The notes under the pieces: generated by a model
Database searches by the model: none
What the model was told of the DNA's origin: nothing
Seen by the model: the letters and a program-made list of their open reading frames with translations, nothing else
Shown: positions 33,549 through 46,695 of the stretch, piece by piece
Position numbering within the stretch: the stretch's first letter is position 1
Layout of the letters: each line of letters opens with the position of its first letter
Source of the DNA: Saprolegnia diclina VS20
Lineage: Eukaryota
NCBI RefSeq assembly: GCF_000281045.1
Contig: NW_008246096.1
Coordinates: 101,727-165,726 of the forward strand
Direction: 5' to 3'
Length of the DNA stretch: 64,000 nucleotides
Program-made: the position numbers and the translations under genes

Positions 33549-35657
33549 GAGATCCACTGACGCACGCGATGGCTTCGATCGCACCTGGCATCAACTGCGG
33601 GACGAGGCGGCGTGGGATCCAGCAAGGTGAACGTTATCCAAGCAATTCCGGTTGCTTCAGCTCATATCCGGTTGCTCGTATCCGGAGATCGCACCCAAGT
33701 TGAAGCTGGGCTTGCACACATGACCAGCATTGGCACCACGATTGGCACCTGCCCTCGACTACGAGGTTGAGTGTCTCGTACGGTCGAGCGTTTCCAGCTT
33801 CATTGCCTCAGTCCTTTCAGTGCTTGCAAGCCAACGTTTGGTCAGTTGTGGTATTTAGTTGCTGCTTTAGCGGGAAGAACGAGTGCTGCTGATTCTTGGG
33901 TGCAAGCTGGCCACGCATTTTGAAAGATCCGAGACGAACCGACATCACAAGCGTACGGTAGGATCGTCTGGTGCCCCGACGCACGCGGAAGCGTTCGACG
34001 CCCGTATTTGCATTTTGCGTATTTTATCGCGGTGCCACGTAGCGCCAGCCGTCCGTCGACCACCCCTCGACCCTCTCCACCGCCTCGACGCCAGAGCATG
34101 TAGCTCTCGTGGGCACTTGCGCAGGTGGGAGCCGTGCTTCGCGAGAAATTATATAGTTTTGGGGAAGGCTTGGCGCAGGATCTAAGACAAACGCAAAACA
34201 GCACAAAAGACAACAGCAACAAGGCCGCACATGCCATGCCAACTTGCCGTGTGGGACCGCGATGCATCGGCAGCGTTTTCGTAGTCGATTCGACGCCACC
34301 TTTCGACCGTGCGACCATGGCGTCGTCTTGCCATGTTGAAGTTGCTAGGACTGTTGAAGCGTTCCCGTTGGGGTTCATTCTGGACTTTGACAAACTGCCG
34401 ACTCCAGACAATTCAAAAAGCTGAAGATGCAAAAGATGACGGACTCTTTGATGAGTGCCACTCCAGTCGCTCAGAGCTGCCTTCGAGATGGCAGGAGGCT
34501 GGACATCCTCGTTCGCGACATGCAGCGCATGGCCTCGCCCGCCGCCCTCCTTGAGGCCCTCCCGCGCAACGACCTCTACGATTCAGCCAAAAGGGGGCGA
34601 AGACGCGCCGAGCACCGAGGACTTAAGGTGGGCGCGGCGTCGTGGACTCTTCTGGCGACTACTAGCTTGTTGAATAGGAAGCGCGATGAATGCCAACAAG
34701 CAAGATTTCTTGAAATTTCAGTGCTGGGCCACTGGTGCTGCGCCAGTGTAATGCACAAACGTTAACGTGCACAAACAGGACAACTCACATTGGAGACGGG
34801 AGGTCTGGAATCATCGGGCGCGCCAACAGATTCTGTGCAAAGTGATGTGCGACTCGCCTGCTTTACGCGGGCAATAAGGAAGACGAGGCTGTTGTCAGAC
34901 GCATTACCACAAGACACATCTTGAAACGAAGTCGCTGGGCATGAGAAAAGCGGGCTGGAAACAAGAATATCGGGCGATGTTGGACTCGACGCGTTTGTCA
35001 AGCCGGCGTACACGCGTTGGTGCCTACATCGATTCGTACACTGTGGCATTCGGCCGTCGCTCTCAGAGGCTTTCCGCAAAAGCGTCAACGTAACCAGCAA
35101 CACGACAGATTCGTACACCGAGTGCACCAAAGTCGGTGAGACCTCACGCAATGGTCGTCGGCCTTCGAGGAAGCGCGGCAGACACAGTCCAGTACATTCA
35201 ATCGCTATCAGCAAGGCCATGAATACCAAGCACTGAGCGCCAAGAAACATAGAAAGCGTGTGCATTCCATGCCAATTCGAGGTTATTCGGGTTGTTGTGT
35301 ACCCTAAACAAACCTCCCAGCTGCCATTTGATAACTCGTTTCGAGATTTCTCTGCACAAGTTAGTGTCGTTTGGTTGAAACATCGCCACCAAACAGCCAA
35401 ATTTCACCAATCATTTGTCTTCCCGTGCATTCGCAAGGAAAGGTTACGTGTTATCTTGTCTGCATGCTCGTTGATTTGGCACCTGATGGAGTACTAGAAA
35501 ACTACAGTTTGCAGTTTGCCTGTAGACACGACGGGCAGTTCAACAGATCTGGACGGCCCTCTGCCAATTGACAGTGTCACATGCAACACATGGTCCCACC
35601 AGGTGGATCGCACCCTCGCGGTTTGGCACGTCGCGTCATTCCGTAATTGTTGCACTC

Positions 35658-38178
35658 ATGGCAGAAGCGTGCCTCTACGCAGCCCTCGCCGTCAAGTCGA
35701 TCCTCGTGAGCTCGTCGCTTTGCGGGTCGGCCACGACGCCATGCCTTGTGTCGCCCACGTGCACCCTCCTCGGAAGCGCACCGCCGACGCAAGCGACCAA
35801 CGGCGTCTTCTACTCGGCCGACGCTGTCGGCGACATGGCTGGTTTCAATGGCAACTCGTTGTGAGTGCTTCCACGCTGAAACGCGTCAACTCATGACGTC
35901 CTTTTAGATTTGTCAAGTCGAACACGACCAAATTCATGGACATGTCCCTCATGGCGTTGCCATCGAGCTTGACTAGCTTGTAGTACTTTTACTGATATGC
36001 GGTGGAATCTCATAACGTGTATTAGGTTGGCCCACCCACAATCTCCTCGCAACGTCTCATCTCTACTTCTTGCATAGCAAAGCAACCTTGTTTGCGGACA
36101 TTCCAGACAATTTTGAATGGCCCAAGGGGCTCACGTGGCTGTACGCCGCGGCGCGCATTCCACTCGACTCATCGTGAGACCGTAGGTCTCTTGACAATGG
36201 CGTCTTGAACGACGTCCCCGCCAACCTCCCAACGGCAGTGAACCACATGTACGATCTCAACACGGATATCAACGACAGGTAGCTCACTATGCTTTGTCTA
36301 GTGAGTTTGGCAACGTGAACTGGTCGTCCATGCCGGCCATCCAGCCGAGATGGGACTATCTGTATGCTAAGAACACTGACTCGTCCTTACAGGCTTGTAG
36401 GAGCCTCTCGACCAACAAAATTGTGAACGTCACCAACGTCGACCTCTCCAACTTTACCTTCTTGTACACTGCTACGACGAATTCTGGTTCTCATATATTC
36501 CGATAGCTCGGTGTACGACAACAAACTCAAGGACTTCGCCAACGTGACCTTCTCGTCCAAGCTTGTCTACCTGTAGAACCAGACTGGTCTGCATATCAGA
36601 TCTGAGAACGTGTTGTGTAGGGGTCTCTCTGGGAACCTCCAGACCTTTACCGTGTCGAGAGCGACCTACAACGTCCTCAACGCCATGCGCAAGTATGTAC
36701 CCGGGAAAGGCTACGTCGGCTACGAGCTCCAAGACGGCAACTTCCGCACGAATATCAACGCCGCCACATGCAAGAGCATTGGTGGCATCGTCGAGCCCAT
36801 TTTTACGTCAAGTCTCACTTCGCATCAAGCGTGTGTGCTGCCAGGTACAACATTCTTCCTCTCGATCAACCATATCTTATATATCTCTATTTTACCCTAG
36901 ACCCGACACCCAGCCCCACCACCGTCGTGCCGACCGCAGCCCCGACAATGGCGCCCAATGAAACTACCTCGTCCAGTACGTTGCCGATGACGCATTTCCA
37001 TCAAAAATGGGACTTTCTTGTAGACACAAGTGCTGTGCTCGGTGCCGGTGTCGCCGTCGCGATCGTTGTGCTGCTTCTGGGCGCCTACTGCCTCTGGAAG
37101 CGCCGCAAGACATCGTCCGATGCCTCGGCCGATGCCTACTTCCATCGAGCACCCAACCGCAAGTCGACTGGCGCCAGCGAGGTCACGGGATCGATGCCCT
37201 CTGGTGACAACGCGCGCCGGCACTTTGACGTCGACCTCACGAGTCTTCGCATGCTGCGCCTTGAAATGACCGACTTGATTGTCAACAGCAGCGCGCCAAT
37301 CGCCGCCGGGGCGCACGGCGAAGTCTGGTATGGCACGTACGCTGGTCAGCCCGTCGCCATCAAGCGCACCAAAGACAAGTCGTCCAAAGCCATGGCGAAA
37401 ATGTCGTCCGAGATTCTCCTCCTCGCCAGGTTTTCAATTACCATGCAGGGCTCCTGGATCTGACATGGCACACTTGTAGAATCCAGTGTCCGTACGTTGT
37501 GGCACTTGTCGGTGCCAACTGGAGTCGGCCCTCGGACCTCGAATGCGTCGTTGAGTACATGAACCTCGGCGACCTCCGCGCGTTTCTCGCAGCAACACCC
37601 GCCAGCAGCTTCCCGTGGACGCACAAGCAAGCGAGCATCTTGCACGTGGTCTATGGCCTTATTTACCTCCACACGTTCGAGACGCCCATCATCCACCGCG
37701 ATCTCAAGTCCCGAAACGTGCTCTTGGATACTATCAAAGGCACCAAGCTCACCGACTTTGGCGAGTCGCGCGAAATGGACGAGAACACGCTCACGAACGG
37801 CATTGGCACGTACCAGTGGATGGCGCCCGAGATCTTCTCGGGCCACGACTACTCGACGGCGGCGGATGTCTACTCGTTTGGTACACCTCTCTTTCTTAGG
37901 GGTAGGTTCTCATAGTAGGGCTAGGGGTGCTGCTGTCCGAGTACTCGACGCACCGCGTGCCGTACATGGATGCGATCAACCCACCCACGAACCGCCCAAT
38001 GAACCAGCAGTTTGTGATGGCCCAAGTCATGGCAGGCCAGATTCGCCCGACGTTTGACACGACGACGACGCCGCCGTGGGTCCTCGACCTCGCCAACCAG
38101 TGCTTGGCATTTGACCCGGCCGACCGTCCGTCCATGCTGCAGATTGAAAACATGATTCCCAAGACACTCGCACTCTAG
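35658..38178 (+). CDS. LRR receptor-like kinase (TKL group), multi-exon; exact start uncertain
   Basis: Series of 60-72 nt LRR-like exons, a Pro/Thr stalk, a TM segment (AVLGAGVAVAIVVLLLGAYCLW+KRRK), then kinase motifs GAHGEV, VAIK, HRDLKSRN, DFG and GTYQWMAPE. Confidence 0.88.
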
Positions 38179-39149
38179 TAGATAGTCCGCATCCCAACGT
38201 TCGCGAACAAACTAGAGACAACTGTGCGTAGTAGTACATTGGAAACGCGCGATATCGCCAACTTGAAGAGCACGAAGGACAAGAACGTCGTGGACCGCAT
38301 AAAGCACAAACTCTGCATGGCGCGGCGTCAGGACACAGACGACGCAGTATGATAACAGAGCATGTCATTGACACCCAACACGCAACACAGCGAGCGTCGC
38401 GATACCGGTACCAGAAGCACTAGAAGCAACACCGGCGGTGACGTCGCGGCGCGCCACGCGAGTCATGAATATAGTGCCGTCCACGAACGATCTCAAGGTC
38501 TGTAGGCGTTGCATGATTCAATGTCGAGGGTCGGATACACCGGCGCTCTTGGCGCAACTCGTGAGTGGCATTGTCTATTGTTCCATATTTCGAATGTACA
38601 CTAGGACAATGTATGAGCTGGACTATACGAGTAGTGACGATCCCGCCTTCTTGTGTTGCTGGTGCAGTCGCAAGGGTGAGCTGCAAGGATAGTGTTCAGA
38701 AGCGTGAACGCCCAGCATCGTTGCATGGTCGACAGCCCCATGCACCGCGATCACTCCACGTGGCCAGAAGGCGGTGACTAAACCCACGCAACGTTCGGTG
38801 CTGCTCCGTAGTGTCTGCCCACGAAAGACATGTCGAAACTATTGCATCCATTTCCTTGTATTCTACTAGTGCTTGTGGGTATTTATTCAAAGCAATTGAG
38901 TGTTCATGGCGCGAGCACTCGCGCTTGATGGACATTGAAGCCGTCCTAAGTTGCGTGCGTTTCGCCAGTGCGCCGACACGTGGCCGCTTGCGTTCGAAGT
39001 GGACGGGGCGACACTCCACTTTAATACAAATATCAAGTGTAAGAGGGCGGGCGACATGGCGACCTGGCTTCGAACTTCGAGACCCACGAAGATCCAAAGG
39101 TTCGAAGTGTGGCCAATCGTACATTTGAGCGAGTCCACGCACAAGTGGC

Positions 39150-41147
39150 ATGCGCTTCTGGACCCTTGCGCTCCTGGCGCCGCTGGTACGTCGTCGTCGC
39201 CGAGGAGAATGGTCTCATAGCATCGACGTACGTAGCTGGCTCAAGTGGCGCCGCAGAAAACCGAGGCCAACAAGCTCCAGATTGCGGCCGAGAATGCATT
39301 CGCAAGCGGCGATCTAAAGAAGGTAGGCAACGTGCACGGACTCGCTGGCACCTCATGCCGCCCAGGCCATCTCGCTCTTCACGCAAGTCATTGACCTTGA
39401 TCCGAACGAGCGCGTCTACTACAAGCGGTACCGCGCCTACTTGAGCGATCGCAAGTACGGGTCCGCCTTGGCAGACCTCACGTCGGCCGTCACGTTCAAG
39501 CCGACGTACACGCAGGTGGGCCGAGCATGCTATATCGGAGCTCAATGCTCATGCAAAGATCCCATTGCTAGGGCTTTCTGCAGCGCGGGCGGCTGAACCT
39601 CATGATTGGCAACTGCGCCGACGCAGTCGCGGATTTCTCCGCCGTCCTCAGGTACGATGGCACACTTCCACCACGAGCACAACCTCATCCCCTTATCCTT
39701 GTAGCCTCGAGCCCAGCAACGGTCCCGCGAGCGAAAGCTTGAGCAAGAGCCGCGAGTGCGCGCAGCTGCTCGCCGATGCGACCGCAGCGCAGGTAGCCTT
39801 CTACCTCCATCGCTTCTGCCTCTAAGTGGCGATGCGCAGCAACGTGGGGACTATGCGAATGCCCATCGGTTCCTCTCGGGTGCAATTGACGCCCACGCAA
39901 TCTCGAGTGCGCAGCTTCTCCTGCAGCGCGCCGAGCTTAGGTACAGAAACACCAGCAACACCGTCTTCGTCACCATCGTCTGCGATACTAGCCGTGCGAT
40001 GGGCCAAACCTTCGACTTGATTTCGGACACGGGCAGCGTCCTGCGCATCGACTCGGCCAACGTGCGCGCGCTCACGATGCGCGGCCAGGCGTACTACTCG
40101 CTCGGCGACGTCCAGTCGCTCGAAGCGGCCCTTACGCACTACCGTCAAGGGCTGCACTCAGACCCGGAGCACAAGGAGATGAAGGCCATGTTCCGCAAGG
40201 TACCATGCCATATGCTCCAACTAAAGACTCAAGAGACGCGAACAGCTCAAGAAGCTGCTCAAGTGGATGCAGTCGTCGACGAACGCGATGGAGTCGGGCC
40301 GGTAGTCGACCCAGTCGAGCAATCTCGTCTAGGTCTTGACGATTCGGGTAGGTACGACGACGCGGTCGAGGACCTCGAGCTTGCGGTCGCCGAAGACCCG
40401 CACCACGATACGCTCAACAAGGACCTCAACTTCAAGCTCTGCGCGAGCTATAACCATATCGCCAAGTACACGCTCGCCAAGGCTGCATGCTCCGAGGTAC
40501 GGCCCTCTCGTGCGAGATATTTGTATCAAATTATCAATTCTAGACTCTGCGTGTGGACCCCAACCATGCCGCCGCACACTCCAAGCTCGGCGACGTGCTC
40601 ATCAACTTGGAAGAGTACGACGAAGCCGTGCGCCACCACAAGCGCGCGTGCGAGCTCGACGGCGACAACCGCGCGGTACGTCCTTCGTATACACCCAAGT
40701 GCCATCAGGCTCATCGTACTTCTGGCGTAGTTCCAAGAGGGCTTGCAGCGGGCAGAGACGGCGCTCAAGCAGAGCAAGAGCAAGAACTACTACAAGATCT
40801 TGGATGTGGCCCGGGACGCGTCGAGCCAAGCCATCAAGAAGGCGTACCGCAAGAAGGCGCTCGAGTGGCACCCCGACAAGCACGCCGACCGCGGCGTACG
40901 TTGTCCCGTCATCATTGCCCTGGCGGATGGAGGCCTCACGGCATCATACTAGGAGGAGGCATCGGAAGCCGCCAACAAGAAATTCCAAGAAGTGGCCGAA
41001 GCGTACGAGATTCTCTCCAACGAAGAGACGCGCGCCCGGTACGATCGCGGCGAAGACGTGAGCGGCAACGGCCAGCAGCAGCAGCAGCACAACCCGTTCC
41101 AGCACTTTCAGCAAGGCGGCCGCAATTTCCATTTCCAGTGGGGCTAA
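39150..41147 (+). CDS. DNAJC3: DNAJC3/P58IPK-like ER TPR + J-domain co-chaperone (multi-exon)
   Basis: Signal peptide [20 protein letters not shown] repeats, J domain KNYYKILDV...[14 protein letters not shown]...[12 protein letters not shown], and C-terminal RYDRGED...FHFQWG*. Confidence 0.88.
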
Positions 41148-41598
41148 CCATCTCGATGCTCAACCGCTCCATCCACCTCATCATCATATTGCGTCGATAA
41201 CGCGAAACATGGAGCCAACTGTTGTCGTCTTGCTGTAGTAGCACCGTCATGCCCACGTGTAGTCCTAGTACATGCAGAGCGGTCGGCGCAGGACTGCCAC
41301 TCACAATCCGACGGCGGCAACGTTTGATGGTGTGAAACAGAGGCTGGTGCAGTGCTGCGCAACCACGCGAGTTGCGTGGCAAGTGGCAGGCGCCTCTGGG
41401 CACCCCGAGGCTGCGCATGGGCCGGGAAGCCGCCACGAGACAGGCAGCAGTGGCAGGCGTGCGTCATCGGCAGACATCGGCCTTCCTTCGTTTCTCAGCA
41501 AACAACCCGACTGGTTATCCTCTGCAAGTGAATATTGTATCGGGAAATACAGGATTTCGAGCCCACGATGGCTGCCCCGTGCCACCAGCTGGACCGCC

Positions 41599-42900
41599 AT
41601 GCTCGACACAGGTCGCATGCTGGCGCTAGCGCCGGTCAAGAAGAAGTACAACAAGCGCACGTACAACCGCGAGCGCCAGCGCATGCTGCAGCTGGAGCGC
41701 GTTAAGGAGCTCACGTCGCTCAAGCAGCAGATCGCAGACCTCGAGAAGACGATGGCCGGCTTCTCGGGCCAACTCCCGGCGCTGGCCCGCGTCGCGTCCA
41801 CGGCCATGGGCCCGCTCTCGTGGCGTGACATTGCCGGCGCGCTCAACGAGGCAACGCTCGACTCAAGTGTACTCCACGCATCACTCCGGCGCAAGGTCGC
41901 CCGCCAAGACGAGCTCGTGCGCCACATGTCCAAGTGGGTGACCTCCATGCTCCGTGTCGAGGTATTCCGCCATGCTACCTATGCGCGCCTACGAGGTCAT
42001 TGACACGCCGAGTAGAAGCCACTGGACTTTGCCGACGCGTTCTGGAAGAACATTTCGCTCACCGAGGACCCGGACTCGCGCAAGCTCGGGTGCGAGTGGA
42101 TAGCAGATCACTTGTTTCACAACACGGACAAGACGTTCCAGCAGTGCGGGTTTCCGGACCCGAGCTGCCTCGCCGAGTTTCACCACTTCAATCTGGTCGT
42201 TGACGAGCACGAGCGCTGCCAGTATGGCTGGAACAAGCAGCGGCTCCTGCCCGTCTCGTTTGAGAACGCCAGCCGCGCCTTCCAAAAGATCCACGTCGAC
42301 AACTCGATGGGCCTTGGCCAGCGCGACTTTCTCGACGACAGTGTACGCACAGCGCATCATCCTTCTCGTTCTCATAACTCAGATCGTATATCTAGCTGCT
42401 GCAGACGGACGCCAAGCGCATCGACTACAGCCGGCACTCGTTCGTGCTGCCGGACCGGAACGGCCCGCGCGTCGACTGGGAAAACTGGCTCTGCGGCGAG
42501 TACCTCGCAAAAGACCGGTATGTGTTTGTCATGCGGAGTATTCACGCGGACCCCAAGTACCCGATTGGCACCGTGCAGCGGAACCGCATGACGTGGTAGC
42601 GTCACACACCTTGTTGGCTATGGCTACACAACGATTAGGGTTGTGGTCGACCGGATCGGTCCGTTGACGACGCGGACGCGGGAGTTTATGACGCTCTCCA
42701 ACTACTGGACGAAAGAGCGCGGCAACCTCTCGCTGGACCAAGAGGCGCGGTCATGGGGCTGCAAGCTCCAGAATGTCCCGGACCACCTCAAGTACCAGAC
42801 CTTCAAGCAGCACATGCAGCGCGGTGGGGACATCCACGCCGAAAAGTTTACCAAGCAACTCTTGGCGGCCATCGAGAGCACGCGCGCGCAGTCGCCATAA
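41599..42900 (+). CDS. Oomycete-specific protein with bZIP-like basic/coiled-coil N-terminus (M96-like expanded family); about 4 exons
   Basis: Basic region + heptads KKKYNKRTYNRERQRMLQLERVKELTSLKQQIADLE, plus the blocks LSWRDIA, WKNISL..DPDSRKLGCEWI..HLFHNTD and QRNRMTW recalled from a Saprolegniales family. Confidence 0.65.
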
Positions 42901-43045
42901 TGTACACGATGTATCTTGTATTTGGCATACGTGGCAAGACGCCGTGATGAGATTAGTGTACTCATGTGTGGCAATTCCAGAGTGTTGGTGCAACCCAGAA
43001 ATTTCACACGTCGACGCTTATTTTTACAGAGCCGTCCACACAAGC

Positions 43046-43781
43046 ATGAGCCTGCCGCCCAACTGGACCGCGTACAAGACCGCGGACGGCAAGGTTTGCT
43101 GCCTGCGCTGAGAGAGCGCCACGTCATGTGCCTTCCCAATAGGAGTACTACTACAACGCGCAGACCAAGGTCACGACGTGGGACCGGCCTGCGCCCATCG
43201 CGTCGGCCAAGCCCGCAGCCGCACCGAGCCCGGCGCCAAGTGGTGGCGCGGGCCGCGGCAGCCTCCTCGCACAGATCGAGCAAGGAAAGAAACTGAAAAA
43301 GGTGACGACGCGAGAAAGCGCGCCCCTCGCCGCTGTCGAGCCTCCATCGTCGTCGTCGTCGGGCGGTGGCAACCCCCTCTTTGCCGCGATTGCAGGCGGC
43401 GCCGCCAACCTCAAAAAGACCAACCGCGGGTCGCCGTCGCACGCGGTTGCGCCTACCAACAACGATGCAAGTCCGAGCAACGGCAGCAGTAGCGGCGGTG
43501 GTGGCTTTGCCGAGATCATGCGCAAGAATCGCGCGGCAGCGGCCCGGAAAGCGTCGTCGTCGGGGGCGCCCTTGAGCAACGGCAGCAGCTCGAGCACTGC
43601 GAGCCCCGTCACGCCAACACCGACGCCGATGCCGGCCTACCGCAAGTCGGTTTCGATGGTGCCATCCGGGTCCTTGACCAACCTTCTCGCCGCCGAGGGC
43701 GGGTCCGGTCCACTCGAAGAGCAGCTCAACCGGATTGAAGCCAAGCTCGACAAGATTATGGCCGCGCTCAACCTTGCCTAA
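43046..43781 (+). CDS. WW domain + two WH2 (actin monomer-binding) motifs + C-terminal coiled coil; 2 exons
   Basis: WW: MSLPPNWTAYKTADGK|EYYYNAQTKVTTWDRP. WH2 motifs: SLLAQIEQGKKLKKV and PLFAAIAGGAANLKKT. C-terminal coil: LEEQLNRIEAKLDKIMAALNLA*. Confidence 0.85.
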
Positions 43782-43850
43782 TCATCAAACACCATTCAAC
43801 ACATACAAAAGGACTACCAACGTATTTTCTCATAAAAAGCGGATTCGAGA

Positions 43851-46695
43851 CTAGGGCAGCGACGGCTGGCATGCATAGTGCAGGAGCGTGCCTTCGTCCT
43901 TGTCGTAGAGGAAGGCGCCGCGCTCGAGCTTCCGGCTGCAGACCGCGCACGTTGACTGGGCAGAGATGTCGACCGATTCTTGCTGCGCGGCGTGGAGCTG
44001 CGATCGCACGTGGAGGTTCTCGATCTTGAGCAGCTGCGTCTGGACCTGCGCCGTGCGGCGCGCCTCGACCTTGAGCTCGAGGACACGCTGGAGGTACGCA
44101 CTGAGGGCCGCGGCTTCCGTGCCGGGCGGCAATAGCTCCAGCGCCGTCGCGACGTCGATCGTCGCCGCGTGGCGCAGCATAAACTTGGCGACAAACGCGA
44201 GCCCAATCGATGAGAGGACGTGGTTGCTCATGCGATACGGCGACGTCTTGGCCGACGGCGGACGCATGTACGTCTGGAGAAAGAGCGTGTAGATGGACGC
44301 GTCGCCGACTTTGGAGGCATAAACGTCGTTGCAGTAGGCCTCGGCGACGGCCGCGTCCTTGATCTCGTGCAAGTAGAGCCGCAGCACCTCTTCGTGGCGA
44401 CCCATGTTGGCGAGCAGGACCGCGCGCTCCTCGATCATCTCCATGGGCGTGCGGCTCAAGAGACGTTCCGGGTGGTGCTGGCTCAATGGCGACTGCAGAA
44501 ACGCGAGGAGCTGGCGCCGCAGCGCGCCGAGACGTCCTTTCTGCATGCGCACGCGCGTATGAAACACAATGAGCGACTGCTGGTCGCGCTTCTTCTTGAG
44601 GAGCAGACTCACGTGGTCATTGATCGCATCGAGAAGTAGGTACACGAGTTCGTCGTGGAGCGTCGACGGCACCGAGCTCCCGTTGGCGTAAATGACTTGG
44701 TGAAGGTATGCGATCGCGAGCGCGCGGCCGTCGTCGAGCGGCATCTCGTCGTCCCCGTCCGGTGGCGAGCTCACTTCGATCGACTTGAGGTGGTCGACAA
44801 TCAAATGCGGGTCCAAGTCGACCTCGGGCGATGGCACGAGCCGGTGCGTAAAGATCGAGAGACCGAGCGATGGCGCCGACTGCAGCAATGGCTTGGAAAA
44901 CTCAAACACGAGCGGCGCATCTGCCAGTGTCTTGAGGTACGCGACCATCTCGCGACGCGGGTCTTTCTTGGCGCTAACAGCATTCGCCTGGAGCTCTTCG
45001 AGAAGCTCCAGGCCCTTGCGGTGCAGACGCTGCGCCTGGTAAAACGCAAGGAGCGCTTGCCACTTGGCGTGGGCGCGCAAAAACACTTCGGCTTCGCCGA
45101 CATCCGCCGCGCTTGGCGAGATACCGCAAAAGACGGTGAGCGCCGCATCGTTGGTGAGAACGTACGCCTTGAGCAAGACCGTGTCGACGAGCGACGCCGC
45201 GTCGTCGTACTGGATCTTGGCGAGCCCTACGATGCAAGTACGACGTTCGCGATAGCTCGGGGATGGATTCTGTTAACCTTGCCGAGGCAGCGCCCGGTAC
45301 GCGACGAGAAATTGCACAAGGGCCGTGAGCGCCGCGCTGAGTGTGTCGCCGGCGAGCGCTACCGAGGGCCGCGGTAGCGTGGCCATCGCCAACCGATGCC
45401 GGCTGCGCGGCAAGAGCTCTTCAGGAAAGAGCGCGAGGACCTCCTCGGCGGGCACGTGGCTTGCGAGAAAGTTGTCCATCGCTTGGCTGAACGCGTGGCG
45501 TTCAAACTGCTGCAAAGCGAGCTGGAGGTGGATGGCCCGAAGGTCGTCGTTCGGGAGGTGGCACTCGACGGGGCAGAGACGGCAAAGGTCGATTGCTTCT
45601 TGATACCTACGTACATATACTTTTGTTGACAGCTGTGGGACATCGCAATAAAAGGTACCGCCCGGCGTCCAAATGCAAGCGAAGTTGGTCGCTTAGCGGG
45701 GCCATGCGCAGCGCGGCAAAGGCAAAGGGTCCCGTCACCACGAGGACCGCCGGCGGCGCGGTCACCGAGGCAGTCTGCGCTTGGGAGAGGAGCGGGGTGA
45801 AGAACACAGCCCCCTTGATCGCAACGCTCTGGACGATCTGGAACGAGAGAAGCACGTCGATATGTTCGGCGTATGCGACGAGAAGGAAAGGGTGGTGCCC
45901 AAGAACGGCCTTGGGCGGACCCGCACCTGCCGGCCATGGCAATGGCGGCCCCGTCGTCACGACAGCGTACTCGGAGCGGTCGTAGCGCAGCGCGATTCCG
46001 TGCGTACGCCACTGCACGAAGAAATCGTCTTGAGCGGGCGACAGGCCCGGAAGGCGGACCGCGGCGAGCACGGGGTCGCGGCAGTCGGGCGGCAGATCAA
46101 GGGATCGCCCCGTATCCAGATGGAAGAGCGTTGTCTTGCGCTTGTAGACGAGCACGGCCATGTCGCTCGAGAGGCAGAGGACGCTCTGGAGTGTGCTTGG
46201 CTTGTCGGGCACCTCGTGCGTCGAGCGCGGAAGGAGCTTGGCGTTCTTCCGACTCCAGTCGTACACGAGGAGCGAATGCTGCTTCGTCGCACATACCAAG
46301 GTCCCCGAATGCTCGTGCGCCGAGAAGAAGACGGTGCCTTTCGTCTCGTCCAAAGGTGTGGCAGCCACGTCCTTGGGCAGCGGAAGTGCTACGAGCGCGA
46401 GCTTGGCATCGACGATCGTCACGCTGACGCCCCACGCGTCCAACAACTGGGTGCTATCGTGGTAGACCTTTTTCGATTGCTGCTGGAAGCGAAGAGAAAT
46501 GGGCTCGGACGACGTGGTCGATGGCAAGGTCGTCGTGAAGGAATGGAGGTTGCTGGACCCATCGCCCATGCAGACGGTCGCCGCCAAGGGGCTCGTCGAC
46601 GGGCCCTTGAGGCTCACGAGAACGCGCTCGGCCTTCTTGCAGCCGCGGTAGGACCGGTCGTTCTCGACCTCGAGGACGTCGTAGGCCGTGGACAT
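43851..46695 (-). CDS. VPS39: Vps39/Vam6/TGFBRAP1-family tethering subunit (CNH, clathrin-like repeat, C-terminal zinc finger); about 3 exons
   Basis: LVDTVLLKAY, HRKGLELL, LHDELVYLLL, EERAVLLANMGRHEEVL, AEAYC, and C-terminal CAVCSRKL...LLHYAC. Confidence 0.85.

Noticed and set aside
33700..35600. Possible transposon or pseudogene remnant (ORFs 33842..34432, 34427..34765, 34762..35400)
   Set aside because: No transposase or RT motifs, terminal repeats or typical codon bias visible. A BLAST/RepeatMasker search is needed to exclude a decayed element.
38200..39140. Short ORFs and GTTCGA-like stretches as a tRNA or small gene
   Set aside because: No cloverleaf or acceptor stem, and the ORFs lack coding bias.
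42944..43030. GTGATGA as a possible box C of a C/D snoRNA
   Set aside because: No matching box D (CTGA) or terminal stem at a suitable distance.
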